A stretch of 64,000 nucleotides of DNA from Candidatus Eremiobacteraceae bacterium (GTDB lineage: Bacteria; Vulcanimicrobiota; Vulcanimicrobiia; Eremiobacterales; Eremiobacteraceae), in NCBI GenBank assembly GCA_036561585.1, contig DATBOZ010000078.1, positions 4,544-68,543 on the forward strand. The letters are read 5' to 3'. Position numbers and translations under genes: made by a program. This document shows, one piece after another, positions 1 to 9,592 of this stretch (positions are counted from its first letter, which is position 1; every line of letters starts with the position of its first letter). The notes below the pieces were generated by a model. The model made no database searches. It was given only the letters and a program-made list of their open reading frames with translations, and had not been told where the DNA came from.

Positions 1-9
1 ATGGAATCA

Positions 10-35
10 CTATAGCGCCGATGAGCCCCGGTGTC
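10..35. repeat. Decayed copy of the REP-like repeat family
   Basis: The 12-mer CTATAGCGCCGA is identical to 48494-48505. No intact stem remains. It lies just downstream of the stop of the GDE-like gene. Confidence 0.3.
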
Positions 36-59
36 AACTAGATAATTAGTAGCAGCGGC

Positions 60-2030
60 CTATGTGCGCTTTGCGATCAGCCGGTAAGCCCGCAACACTT
101 CAGCGACCGACCACGCCTGCGCGATGCACCCGCGCGGCGCGTGCGGCACGTCGCCGTCGAAGATCTCGCTCGCCGTGCCGAGCCCGGCCTCACGCAGGTG
201 CACTTCGAAGGGCGCGAGCAGATCGAGCGCGGCGCGGGGATCGCCGTAAGCGCGAAGATGCGCAATTGCGTACGATCCGGTCAGCCACGCCCAAGCTGTC
301 CCTTGATGGTATGCGGCATCGCGCTGGACTTGAGGCCCGGCGTACTTGCCGCAATAGCCCGGTTCGGCCGGCGCGAGCGATCGCAGCGCGCAAGGGACGA
401 CAAGCGGACCGCATGCATCGACGATGGCGCGAATTTGCTGCGGCGACAACGGAGTATCCGTCAGAGCGGCCGCGATGAGCTGATTCGGGCGAAGCGCGCT
501 CTCGTCGCCATCCGGACCGTCTATGACGTCGAAACAATAGCCCTTACTGCCGTTCCAAAAGCGCGCGAACCCGCGCCGTGCGGTCACCGCCCAAGCGGAA
601 TACGTATCGGCATTTTCTCCGATGCGGGCGGCAAGACGGCTCACAGACATGAGTGCGTTGCACCAGAGCGCGTTGACTTCGACCGGTTTGCCGATCCGCG
701 GCGTCACGACGAAGTCACCGACTTTCGCATCCATCCACGTCAGCTGGACGCCCGCAACGCCTGCGAACAACAGACCGTCGGCGGAGTCCGCGTGGATTCC
801 GTAACGCGTCCCCTCGCGGTACCGGCCGACGATTTCGCGCAACACGGGAAAGAGCGCGCGCAGCGTCGCGTCGTCGCCCGTCCGTTGCACGTATTGACGC
901 AGCGCTTCGACGAACCACAGGCTCGAGTCGACGGCGTTGTACGTCGGGTCTTGGCCGTCCGCGGGAATTTCGTTCGGCAACATGCCGTTATCGACGAACT
1001 GGGACCACGTCTGCAGGACGGCGCGCGCTTCACCGTTGCGGCCCGTCGCGAGGAGCAATCCGGGAAGCGCGATCATCGTGTCTCGGCCCCATTCGCCGAA
1101 CCAGTGATACCCTGCGACGATCGAGTAGCCTGCATCGTGCGCAAGGCCGCGGCGGACGACGAACTGGTCGGCCGCGAGTGCGAGCTGTTCGATGTATGCT
1201 GGCGCGGCATCGCCTGCGGCTTCGCGAAAGCCGCCGATCACGCCCAAATCGTGCGCCCTGCGGCGCTGCCACGCCGCCTTCGCATCGATGGCGTCGAGCA
1301 CCGCAGTGCTCGCGGCGATCGTACCTGATTCGCCGGCCGCGAGAGCGAGATCGAACGCGGCGACACAATAGTGATCCTCACGATCTTCGAGCCCGCGCGC
1401 GCGTTCCTCCGGCAAGTCGAAGTTATTGTACCAGATGCCGACCTGCGAGCACGATCCGCGATCGGCGGCGAGACAATACGGCGTCGCACCGTCGAAGGCG
1501 GTGATGCGCACGCCGCGCTCGACCGGTTCGGTGCGCATCGCGATCGACCCGGCGTGCGTGGCGCCGTGATAGTCGCGATAATCCGCAAGCGCCTTGATAT
1601 GCAACCGCACGGGCGCCGCCGAAGCGAGGACGGTGTACGTCACGTACGTCGTATTGGCGCCAGGCTCCATGAAGACGCGCTTTTCCAAGCGCGCGTCTTC
1701 CAACGCGAACGTCCACACCGGAACGCTGCCGTCGAGGCGGAACCGGTCGATGTTCGAGTACCCGGCGGGATCCACCGCGCCGCCCGACCACCGGATGGTG
1801 CTCAGACGAAACGCGCGCTCGCCGATCGTCGCAGTCTCGTCGAATGTCGCGACGAGGAGCGTTCGGCCGCCTGGCGGACGCAACGCGGCGAAGAGCAAAC
1901 CGTGATAGCGGCGCGTGAGCGAACCTGCGATCGTTCCGGATGCGAAACCGCCAAGACCGTTGCAGACCAACCACTCGTCGCGCTCAGCGGCTTCGAGCTG
2001 CGTGAAGCGGTCGCGGCCGAAGTCGACCAT
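60..2030 (-). CDS. Glycogen debranching enzyme / amylo-alpha-1,6-glucosidase family protein (GDE N-terminal plus GH133-like C-terminal domain)
   Basis: Complete 656-aa ORF. The N-terminus (LVCNGLGGFASGTIAGSLTRRYHGLL) and the region ...GYHWFGEWGRDTMIALPGL... are typical of the bacterial/archaeal GDE family. Third-position GC is high. Confidence 0.8.
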   Translation of the reverse strand: MVDFGRDRFTQLEAAERDEWLVCNGLGGFASGTIAGSLTRRYHGLLFAALRPPGGRTLLVATFDETATIGERAFRLSTIRWSGGAVDPAGYSNIDRFRLDGSVPVWTFALEDARLEKRVFMEPGANTTYVTYTVLASAAPVRLHIKALADYRDYHGATHAGSIAMRTEPVERGVRITAFDGATPYCLAADRGSCSQVGIWYNNFDLPEERARGLEDREDHYCVAAFDLALAAGESGTIAASTAVLDAIDAKAAWQRRRAHDLGVIGGFREAAGDAAPAYIEQLALAADQFVVRRGLAHDAGYSIVAGYHWFGEWGRDTMIALPGLLLATGRNGEARAVLQTWSQFVDNGMLPNEIPADGQDPTYNAVDSSLWFVEALRQYVQRTGDDATLRALFPVLREIVGRYREGTRYGIHADSADGLLFAGVAGVQLTWMDAKVGDFVVTPRIGKPVEVNALWCNALMSVSRLAARIGENADTYSAWAVTARRGFARFWNGSKGYCFDVIDGPDGDESALRPNQLIAAALTDTPLSPQQIRAIVDACGPLVVPCALRSLAPAEPGYCGKYAGPQVQRDAAYHQGTAWAWLTGSYAIAHLRAYGDPRAALDLLAPFEVHLREAGLGTASEIFDGDVPHAPRGCIAQAWSVAEVLRAYRLIAKRT

Positions 2031-2066
2031 GCCAAACGTTTCACCCGGGATTAGGACCGTACCCGC

Positions 2067-3683
2067 CTAGAGGTATTGATACCCGAGCGCGGCCACCTCG
2101 CCGCACGTCTGACCCGCGATATTCGTGACGTCGTCCGCGGTCGGCACGGTGAGGTCGTTGAGGTACACGGCAAACGCGATATGTCTGCCCGAGCGTGACG
2201 TGAAATAGCCTGCAAGTCCTTTGGCGCGCACCATCCAGCGGCGGTTCAAGTAATCTTCTTCTTCCCATGTGCCGGTCTTGGCCACGACGTGGCCGGCCGC
2301 AGGCGTCGTCCGCGCGATACCCGCCAACGTGCCGTCACGCCCGAGCAACGGAAGCCCCGCGTGAAATGCCCAGAACTCCGGCTGCCGGCGTTCGTATGCG
2401 AGCAGATGCACCATGAAGTCGGGCGAGAAATAGGCATTGCTTCCCTCGCCATCCGACTGTGCGGCGCCACCGAGATCCAAGCCCGCTTGTGCGAGCCACG
2501 CTCGTTCAATGCCGAAGCCTGCTCTGTCTGAATCCGTATGCGCACCAGTGACGAGCGCGCCCAACAGGTATGGCATCGTGGCCGCGTGCAGGTTCTGACT
2601 GACCTTGAGCGTGATGCGGACGTCTTGCGCGAGAGGCAGTGACGTGTGATCGCCGACGAGGTCTTCGTCCGCGAACCGGTCGGAGGCGGAGTACACCGCG
2701 AACGACGATCCGCCCGAAAGCTTGTCGATGCCGTTCAGCACGCTCACGCCGCGTGAGCGCAACGCATCGGTCAGCGCAAAGCGAAGATATTGGTCTGGCT
2801 GCGGTACGCCGTACGGCGTCCACGACGTTTTAGCTCCGGCGGGCACGGATCCGGTGATCGTCAGCGTGTGCGTTCCGTTGGGATTTGCGGCGTCGGCGCT
2901 CTCGTCGATGGTGTTCGCCGACGACGAAGTTCCGGTCACGGCTTTGTTGACGACGGTGAGATAAGAAGTTGCCGGCGAGACGGCGATCGCTGCCGGCGAA
3001 CCGGGTGCGGAACCCGGATTCACGGAGATGTCGACGATGTTGTCGTTCAAACAGACCGGCGAGATGACCATGCCGGTCCCTCCCTCGACATCGCCTTGCT
3101 TGAACAGACCCATCTGCACGATTACGTCGCCCGTGACACTTTTGACGCCGTGTGCGGCGATTTGCGACGCGAGATCCTCGACCGCGGCGAGCGGGTCACC
3201 TTGCACCGGCGCTCCGCCGTAGCTATGATCCTCATCGTTGAATGCGTACGTGCCATTCGCGAGCGTCCGCCCCGAGAGATTTGGATCGCCCGACGGCACG
3301 ACGACGAGTTGCCCTTGCAGCACACCGTTGCTGTCGACCGGTCCGGTACGGTACACGCGCGTGTGGAACCGGAAAGTCGGGCCGAGCGCATGCAGCGTCG
3401 CCGCCTCGGTCACGAGCTTTGTGGTCGACGCGGCGACGAACAGTTCGGCGCCGTTGCGAGAGAAAATCGGCCGGTTCGCATCGAGGTCGAAGAACTCGAC
3501 GCCGATCCGCGCGTGCGCAAACGCAGGCCGGGCGGCGATGCTGTCGATGCGGCTCGCAAAACTCGTCAGGTTCGCGCCGGCTGCCGCGCGCACGCGTGCG
3601 TTGCCGCCGGGAGATGCCGCAGCCGGCTCGGTCACGGCGGCTATTGCGGCGAGCAAGACGATGGCCACGATATATCTGTTCAT
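2067..3683 (-). CDS. dacB: D-alanyl-D-alanine carboxypeptidase/endopeptidase, PBP4 family (peptidase S13)
   Basis: Start trimmed to MNRYIVAIVLLAAIAAV (signal peptide). The longer track ORF would overlap the upstream gene. Motifs seen: STTK (SxxK), PSGDPNL and KTGT. Confidence 0.8.
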   Translation of the reverse strand: MNRYIVAIVLLAAIAAVTEPAAASPGGNARVRAAAGANLTSFASRIDSIAARPAFAHARIGVEFFDLDANRPIFSRNGAELFVAASTTKLVTEAATLHALGPTFRFHTRVYRTGPVDSNGVLQGQLVVVPSGDPNLSGRTLANGTYAFNDEDHSYGGAPVQGDPLAAVEDLASQIAAHGVKSVTGDVIVQMGLFKQGDVEGGTGMVISPVCLNDNIVDISVNPGSAPGSPAAIAVSPATSYLTVVNKAVTGTSSSANTIDESADAANPNGTHTLTITGSVPAGAKTSWTPYGVPQPDQYLRFALTDALRSRGVSVLNGIDKLSGGSSFAVYSASDRFADEDLVGDHTSLPLAQDVRITLKVSQNLHAATMPYLLGALVTGAHTDSDRAGFGIERAWLAQAGLDLGGAAQSDGEGSNAYFSPDFMVHLLAYERRQPEFWAFHAGLPLLGRDGTLAGIARTTPAAGHVVAKTGTWEEEDYLNRRWMVRAKGLAGYFTSRSGRHIAFAVYLNDLTVPTADDVTNIAGQTCGEVAALGYQYL

Positions 3684-3703
3684 GCCGTCGGCGTTCCTCA
3701 CGA

Positions 3704-5056
3704 TCAATTGAGCAGACGCGCGAGGCTTGGCAATGCCTCGCCGTACGTCGGGTGGATGTGCACCGAGCGATCGAGGAGGCGCCAAGACGATCCGGCCTCC
3801 ATGTGTGCGACGATCACGTGGATGAGTTCGCCGGCCTCGTAGCCGACGAATGTCGCGCCGAGCATTTTTTCGGTGTCGTCGTCGACGACCAATCGATAAA
3901 ATCCGAGGTCGTGCCCCCACTCGACCGCCCGCGCGATCGACGACATCGGAAGCGTCACCGCTCGCGCGCGCAGGCCGTGTTTTTTCGCCTCGTCGAGAGT
4001 TATGCCGGCCCGTGCGACCTGAGGTTCGGTGAAAGTGGTATACGCGAGCACGCGGTCGGCTCGCGTCCGCGGTTCGCCGCGCAATATGGCTTTCAACCGC
4101 CGGTAATCTTCCCACGACACGTGGGTGAACGCCGGTTGTCCGGCGATGTCGCCGATGGCGAAGACGCCTTCAGCTGACGTATGAAACGTTTCGCCGATCG
4201 CGATGTACGATCGATCGTCGACCGCAATGCCGCCTACCGCGCAATTCAGCGCAGCGGTGTTGGGTGTGCGACCAACCGCGACGAGCAGAGCATCGCCTTG
4301 CAGCGTTTCGCCGTTATCCAGCGTGAGCGAAAACGTGCGGCCGTCGTGCGCGACGCCGACCGTGCGCCGCCCGAGGTGGACGCTGATTCCGTCTTGCGTC
4401 AGACCTTTCTGCAGCTCGGCCGAAGCATCGGACTCCTCGCGCGATAACACTCTCGGGTTGCTGTCGATGATATCGACGTGCGATCCGCAGCGCGACATCC
4501 CCTGGCCAAGCTCTAGTCCGATGTACCCGCCGCCGAGCACGAGAAGCTGCTCGGGCCTCTTGGTCAGGTCGAAGAAGCTCGCATTGGTGAGGTAGGGCGT
4601 ACCGGCGAGACCCGGGATCGCAGGCACCGTCGCCGTCGTGCCGGTGTTGATGACGACGACGGGCGCGGAGATCGAGACATTTCCGCCCGTGACCGTGCGC
4701 GGACCGGAAAAAGAAGCCTGCGCCTTGACGATTTCTACGCCGGCGTCGCGCAGCCGTTTATCGACGCTCGCCGTGAACTTGTCGCGAATGCTGCGAACGC
4801 GATCCATCACCGCGCCGAAGTCGACCGTGACCACTGCGTGCACACCGAGCTTCGCAGTGAGACGCGCCCTGCCAGCGCCGTGCGCTGCGGCCAAGAACGC
4901 CTTCGACGGCGTGCAGCCGTAGTTGACGCATGACCCGCCCAATCGCCCTCGCTCGAAGAGGACGACGCGCTTGCCTTCATTTGCGAGATCGACGGCGAGC
5001 GGCACGCCGCCCTGGCCGCTTCCGATTATGATGGCGTCGGCCGTATCAGCCTTCAT
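3704..5056 (-). CDS. Class I pyridine nucleotide-disulfide oxidoreductase (FAD/NAD(P)-binding; dihydrolipoamide dehydrogenase / mercuric-reductase-core-like)
   Basis: Contains IIIGSGQGG (GxGxxG), the redox-active GGSCVNYGCTPSK (CxxxxC) and a C-terminal HIHPTYGE His-Glu pair. There is no NmerA domain and no C-terminal Cys-Cys. Confidence 0.75.
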   Translation of the reverse strand: MKADTADAIIIGSGQGGVPLAVDLANEGKRVVLFERGRLGGSCVNYGCTPSKAFLAAAHGAGRARLTAKLGVHAVVTVDFGAVMDRVRSIRDKFTASVDKRLRDAGVEIVKAQASFSGPRTVTGGNVSISAPVVVINTGTTATVPAIPGLAGTPYLTNASFFDLTKRPEQLLVLGGGYIGLELGQGMSRCGSHVDIIDSNPRVLSREESDASAELQKGLTQDGISVHLGRRTVGVAHDGRTFSLTLDNGETLQGDALLVAVGRTPNTAALNCAVGGIAVDDRSYIAIGETFHTSAEGVFAIGDIAGQPAFTHVSWEDYRRLKAILRGEPRTRADRVLAYTTFTEPQVARAGITLDEAKKHGLRARAVTLPMSSIARAVEWGHDLGFYRLVVDDDTEKMLGATFVGYEAGELIHVIVAHMEAGSSWRLLDRSVHIHPTYGEALPSLARLLN

Positions 5057-5074
5057 CGGGAGCCTTCCAATCGT

Positions 5075-7687
5075 TCAAGCATCACGATCGGGCACTTTAT
5101 TGCGATACTCGGCCGCTTGCTGCAGCAACTTGGCGACGATGGCGGTCCATCCGGTCTGCTGACTCGCGCCGAGCCCGCGGCCGGTGTCGCCGTCGAAGTA
5201 CTCGAAGAACAGCGTCTTTCCGGGCCAGCCGGCTACCGGCCGATCGCAGAGCGTCACAAGCCGTCGCGACAGTTCCGCGGCGACGTGCCACAGATTCATC
5301 GTCCGGCCGGAGCCGGTCGGGCACTCGATCGTGAAACCGTCGCCGAAGTAGTAGTCGAATTTCTGCAGCGCCTCGATGAGCAGGTAATTCACCGGAAACC
5401 ACACCGGGCCACGCCAGTTCGAATTGCCGCCGAACACGCCCGTACGCGATTCGGCCGGTTCGTACTCCACCCGGTGTTCCATCCCGTCGACGTCCAAGAC
5501 GAACGGCTGATGGAGATGCTGCTTCGAAAGCGAGCGCACCCCGCCGTCGCTCAAGAACTCCGTTTCGTCCAATGCGCGCGAGAGCAGACGCCGTAAGCGA
5601 TCGCGTCCGCAGATCGCGAGAAGGCGCCGGGCGCCGACCCCTGCCGTCTCCATGCAAGCGACGTTCTCGCGCAGATCCGGACGATGACTGATGAACCATT
5701 CCATTTTGCGAGTGAAATCGGGCAGCGCTGTCAGGATTTCGGGCTCAAGGATCTGCACGGCGAACAGCGGGATCAGGCCCACGATCGAGCGCACTGCGAG
5801 CCGCTCGAGGCGGCCGTCCGGGAGATGCAAGACGTCGTAGTAAAAGCCGTCTTCTTCATCCCACAATCCGACATCGCTCTCGCTGACGTGGTTCATCGCA
5901 TCCGCGATGCGCAGAAAATGCTCGAAGAACTTGGTCGCGATGTCTTCGTAGGCGCGATTGTCGGGGGCAAGTTCGAGCGCGATCGCGAGCATGTTGAGCG
6001 CATACATCGCCATCCAACTCGTCCCGTCCGCCTGGTCGATATGGCCGCCCGTCGGCAATTCTGCGGATCGATCGAACACGCCGATGTTGTCGAGTCCGAG
6101 AAAGCCGCCTTGGAACACGTCGTTGTCGTCGGCGTCCTTCCGGTTGAGCCACCACGTGAAGTTCATCAACAGCTTTTGAAAAACGCGTTCGAGAAAAAGC
6201 CGGTCGCCGGCACCGCGCATCTTGCGTTCGATCTGAAAGACGCGTAACGCCGCCCAGGCGTGCACCGGCGGATTCGCATCGCCGAACGCCCACTCGTATG
6301 CCGGCAATTGACCACTGGGGTGCATGTACCACTCGCGCGTGAGCAGCACCAACTGCCGCTTCGCGAATTCCGGATCGATCATCGCGAGCGGCACCACGTG
6401 AAATGCCAGATCCCACGACGCGAACCACGGATATTCCCATTTGTCCGGCATCGCGAGAATGTCATCGGTGTGCACGTGTAGCCACTCGTGGTTTCGACCT
6501 CGCTTCCGCTCCACGGGCGGCGGCGGCTGGCCGGGGTCGCCGTCCAACCAATCCTTCACGATGTAGCGATAGTATTGCTTGGACCAGAGCAGACCGGCGA
6601 ATGCGCGCCGTTGGAGCAAACGATGTTGCGCGGACGTCTCGAACGGATTGATGCGCGCGTAGAATTCGTCCGCTTCGCGAAGCCGAGTGTCGAACATCTC
6701 GTCGAAACGACTATCGAACGGGGCGGACACTTCGCTTTGATCCGTGAGCCGCAATCGCAGCACGCGCTCTTCCCCTGGACCGAGATCCAGGATGTAGTGC
6801 GCAGCGCACTTGGTGCCGTTGCGTTGCGTGTTCACGGCCTCATCGCGGCCGTTGACGACGTACTCGTGAAACGCGTCCTTGACGTAGGGCGACGCGTTCG
6901 GCACGCCCCACAAACGTTCGGCGTTGGTCTCGTTGTCGGTGAAGAGCATCGCGCGCGGATCTTTGCAATAGAAGTAGTGCCGGTCGAGCGTGGGATGCGT
7001 CGTTTCAACGACCCCGTTTTCGATCTCGCCGAGCAGGGGCTTCATCGCGCCCGGCTTCCATGACCAGGTGTTGCGGAACCACAGCGTCGGCAGCACGTGG
7101 AGCACAGCCCGTTCCGGCCCCCGATTCTTGACGGCGATCCGGATGAGCACGTCTTCGGGTCCGGCCTTCGCATAGCGAACGTTGACTTCGAAGAACCGGT
7201 CGCCATCGAAGATGTGCGTGTCGTCGATCTCGTACTCGTCGTCGCCCTTGCCGCGCCGGGCATTTTCTGCGACGAGGTCGTCATACGGAAACGCGCGTTG
7301 CGGATAAACGTACAGATATTCCATGTACGCGTGCGAGGGTGTATTGTCGAGGTGGAAGTAACGCTCCTTAACGTCCTCCCCGTGGTTGCCTTGCGGGCCC
7401 GACAGGCCGAACAGCCGCTCCTTGAGGATGTGGTCGGCGCCGTTCCAGAGGGAGACAGCAAAACAGAGCCGCTGATGATTGTCGGATATCCCGGCGATCC
7501 CGTCTTCGCCCCAGCGGTATGCGCGCGATCGCGCATGATCGTGCGGCAGATACTCCCACGCGTCGCCGTCGGCGCTATAGTCCTCGCGGACCGTTCCCCA
7601 TTGGCGCTCGCTGACGTAGGGACCCCAGCGATACCAATGCGCGCGCCGTCCGCGCGTTTCGATAAGCCGGGTCTCTTCTGCGGTCAT
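5075..7687 (-). CDS. GH63-like glucosidase (MGH1-like glycoside hydrolase)
   Basis: 870-aa ORF. The N-terminus WYRWGPYVSERQWGTVREDYSADGDAWEY...RWGEDGIAGISD matches my memory of large bacterial GH63-type glucosidases. Confidence 0.65.
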   Translation of the reverse strand: MTAEETRLIETRGRRAHWYRWGPYVSERQWGTVREDYSADGDAWEYLPHDHARSRAYRWGEDGIAGISDNHQRLCFAVSLWNGADHILKERLFGLSGPQGNHGEDVKERYFHLDNTPSHAYMEYLYVYPQRAFPYDDLVAENARRGKGDDEYEIDDTHIFDGDRFFEVNVRYAKAGPEDVLIRIAVKNRGPERAVLHVLPTLWFRNTWSWKPGAMKPLLGEIENGVVETTHPTLDRHYFYCKDPRAMLFTDNETNAERLWGVPNASPYVKDAFHEYVVNGRDEAVNTQRNGTKCAAHYILDLGPGEERVLRLRLTDQSEVSAPFDSRFDEMFDTRLREADEFYARINPFETSAQHRLLQRRAFAGLLWSKQYYRYIVKDWLDGDPGQPPPPVERKRGRNHEWLHVHTDDILAMPDKWEYPWFASWDLAFHVVPLAMIDPEFAKRQLVLLTREWYMHPSGQLPAYEWAFGDANPPVHAWAALRVFQIERKMRGAGDRLFLERVFQKLLMNFTWWLNRKDADDNDVFQGGFLGLDNIGVFDRSAELPTGGHIDQADGTSWMAMYALNMLAIALELAPDNRAYEDIATKFFEHFLRIADAMNHVSESDVGLWDEEDGFYYDVLHLPDGRLERLAVRSIVGLIPLFAVQILEPEILTALPDFTRKMEWFISHRPDLRENVACMETAGVGARRLLAICGRDRLRRLLSRALDETEFLSDGGVRSLSKQHLHQPFVLDVDGMEHRVEYEPAESRTGVFGGNSNWRGPVWFPVNYLLIEALQKFDYYFGDGFTIECPTGSGRTMNLWHVAAELSRRLVTLCDRPVAGWPGKTLFFEYFDGDTGRGLGASQQTGWTAIVAKLLQQAAEYRNKVPDRDA

Positions 7688-7835
7688 CGGTTTCCCTTCG
7701 CAGCCGTCTTTGAACGCGTCTTATCGGCGTTGCGTGCTTCTCCTGTCAGCGGTCGAGGTAACACACCGGGGAACGATCACCAATGCTTGAATTCCGCGAC
7801 CGCTCGACTATCCATCGTTGAATAAGGGACTCCCT

Positions 7836-8279
7836 ATGCCCCAACTCAATTCATCGCTCCCCTCGCTCGACGGTGTCGCGCATTGGCGTAACGCGCCGGC
7901 GCCGCGCGAAGGCGAACTGGCCGGCAAGCCGGTGCTCGTGCACTTTTTCTCAAGCGGTTGTCCGTTATGCCACGAAGGTATGCCCGCGGTGCGCCGGCTG
8001 CATACGGCGTATTCGCCGACCGGACTTGTCGTGGTCGGCGCGTATCAGCCGCGCCAAGACACCGTCACATCGCTTGCCGATGCCGAGCGCGAATGCGATC
8101 TGCACGTGGGTCCGGCGCACCCATGCGCGATGGACGTCGACGGCATTCTCGCCACGCGCTTTGGAAACGAATGGCCGCCGGCGTATTACATCTACGACCG
8201 CGGTCACCGGTTGCGACACTATCAGATGGGCAACTGGAATCTCGAAGCGCTCAGTGCGATCATCCAAGGTTGCCTGTGA
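7836..8279 (+). CDS. Thioredoxin-fold redoxin (TlpA/AhpC-TSA-like)
   Basis: CxxC motif in VLVHFFSSGCPLCHEGMP. The ATG at 7836 is preceded by AAGGGA. The TTG at 7818 is an alternative start. Confidence 0.6.
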   Translation: MPQLNSSLPSLDGVAHWRNAPAPREGELAGKPVLVHFFSSGCPLCHEGMPAVRRLHTAYSPTGLVVVGAYQPRQDTVTSLADAERECDLHVGPAHPCAMDVDGILATRFGNEWPPAYYIYDRGHRLRHYQMGNWNLEALSAIIQGCL

Positions 8280-8285
8280 TCGTGT

Positions 8286-8356
8286 GAGACCGACCATAAA
8301 GGTCGGCCCCTACAAAATTAAAACGGAGGCCGACCCTGAAGGTCGGCCCCACAGAG
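8286..8356. repeat. Two REP-like hairpin units between convergent genes
   Basis: Units are GAGACCGACC-ATAAA-GGTCGGCCCC and GAGGCCGACC-CTGAA-GGTCGGCCCCACAGAG, joined by TACAAAATTAAAACG. The same two-unit module occurs at 26412-26473. Confidence 0.85.
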
Positions 8357-8359
8357 ATC

Positions 8360-9577
8360 CTAGCGGTTCTCTTCGCGGACGGCGCGCGCGAACACCATGA
8401 ACACAGCGAAGAGCAAGAATCCGATACCGGAGACGTACATGGCGAATCGCGGTCCGTTGAGCTGCGCAAGATACCCGCCGATGATCGCGCCGGGCACGAT
8501 CCCGATCAGCGCCACGAGACGCACCGCGCCGAAAACGGAACCGATCTTCTCGTCGGGCACGATACGCAGCCGCCAGCCGACGATCTGCGTGACCTGGAAC
8601 GATCCGGCCATGCTCGCGAGACTATAGAACACGATCACGGTCAACACATTGTGCGCGATCAGCACCGGCAAGAACAGGACCGCGTCCAAGAGATACGCCA
8701 CACACAACGTCTTGCCGAAATGGAGGTGCGGCCCGAATCGCCCAGCGACGAGCGCCCCCAAGACCGATCCGACTGCGATGCCGCCGTACGTGAGGCCGAC
8801 CAGCGCGTCGCCGGCGCCCAGCTCCGTCTTCAAAAAGGGGATCGTGATGGCAAAGCCCATCATGCCGAAAAAGTTCAATCCGAAACTAGCCAGCGTCACA
8901 GCGGTCATCGCAGCGTCGGCGACCAAAAAACGAAACCCGTCGCGGATGTCGCGAACGATGACCGCAATCTTGGGCCACGCACCCGGAGCTTCGGGTCCAA
9001 GCGTGGGCACGGCAAGCAGCGAGATCTGCGACACGAAGTAGGTACACGCGTTGACGACAAGGGCCGGCAAGGCGCCGGCCACGGCGAAGATCGCGCCGCC
9101 GATCGGCGGCGTGATGAAATTCGACGTCTGCTCGGCCGCGACAAGCGCGGCGACGGCGCGCGACGATCGCGCCTTGCCGACCAGAAACGGTATGCTTGAC
9201 GCCTGTCCTCCCATAAAGATCGCAGCCGCTGCAGCGAGCACGACGATTCCGGCGTAGAGCATGGGAAGCGTCAGAGCGCCGCGCCAGTATTCGATCGAGA
9301 ACAGCGCCATGACCGCAAAGCGCGTGAAGTCACAGCCGATCATGAGCCGGCGGCGATCCGTCCGGTCCGCAAGCGACCCACCCACGAGTCCGACAAGTGC
9401 GAACGGCAAGATCTCAAGTGCGTAGGTCACGCCCGTCGAGAGCGCCGATCCGGTGAGGTGAAAGACGAGCAGCGGAATCGCAAGCGTCCGCATCCCGTCG
9501 CCGAGATAGCTCAGCGCTTGGCCGCTGAAGTAATAGGCGAATCCGCGTTCGGCGAAAATCGAGCGGTCGACCGTCAT
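8360..9577 (-). CDS. MFS transporter
   Basis: 405 aa with about 12 hydrophobic segments. The N-terminus FAYYFSGQALSYLGDGMRTLAIPLLV resembles EntS/MFS_3-like exporters. Confidence 0.75.
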   Translation of the reverse strand: MTVDRSIFAERGFAYYFSGQALSYLGDGMRTLAIPLLVFHLTGSALSTGVTYALEILPFALVGLVGGSLADRTDRRRLMIGCDFTRFAVMALFSIEYWRGALTLPMLYAGIVVLAAAAAIFMGGQASSIPFLVGKARSSRAVAALVAAEQTSNFITPPIGGAIFAVAGALPALVVNACTYFVSQISLLAVPTLGPEAPGAWPKIAVIVRDIRDGFRFLVADAAMTAVTLASFGLNFFGMMGFAITIPFLKTELGAGDALVGLTYGGIAVGSVLGALVAGRFGPHLHFGKTLCVAYLLDAVLFLPVLIAHNVLTVIVFYSLASMAGSFQVTQIVGWRLRIVPDEKIGSVFGAVRLVALIGIVPGAIIGGYLAQLNGPRFAMYVSGIGFLLFAVFMVFARAVREENR

Positions 9578-9592
9578 CCCGATCGACGCTTC

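Noticed and set aside
2067-4115. Over-long N-terminal extensions in track ORFs (2067-4115, 28072-29928, 29622-31271, 52105-53514, 37144-39381, 16714-17949, 31606-32595, 35102-35974, 41402-42667).
   Set aside because: The extensions are Arg-rich, overlap the upstream gene and precede clear SD plus signal-peptide or family-typical N-termini. I trimmed the starts accordingly.
3704-5056. Mercuric reductase (MerA) call for the disulfide oxidoreductase.
   Set aside because: It has no N-terminal HMA (NmerA) domain, no C-terminal Cys-Cys pair, and no merR/merT/merP genes nearby. I kept it as a generic class I disulfide oxidoreductase.
7873-8400. ORFs reading through repeat units (for example 7873-8400, 22619-23269, 26219-26485), which give peptides such as RPTIKVGPY.
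   Set aside because: The apparent similarity among these peptides is only the translated REP sequence. No coding signal is present outside the repeats.
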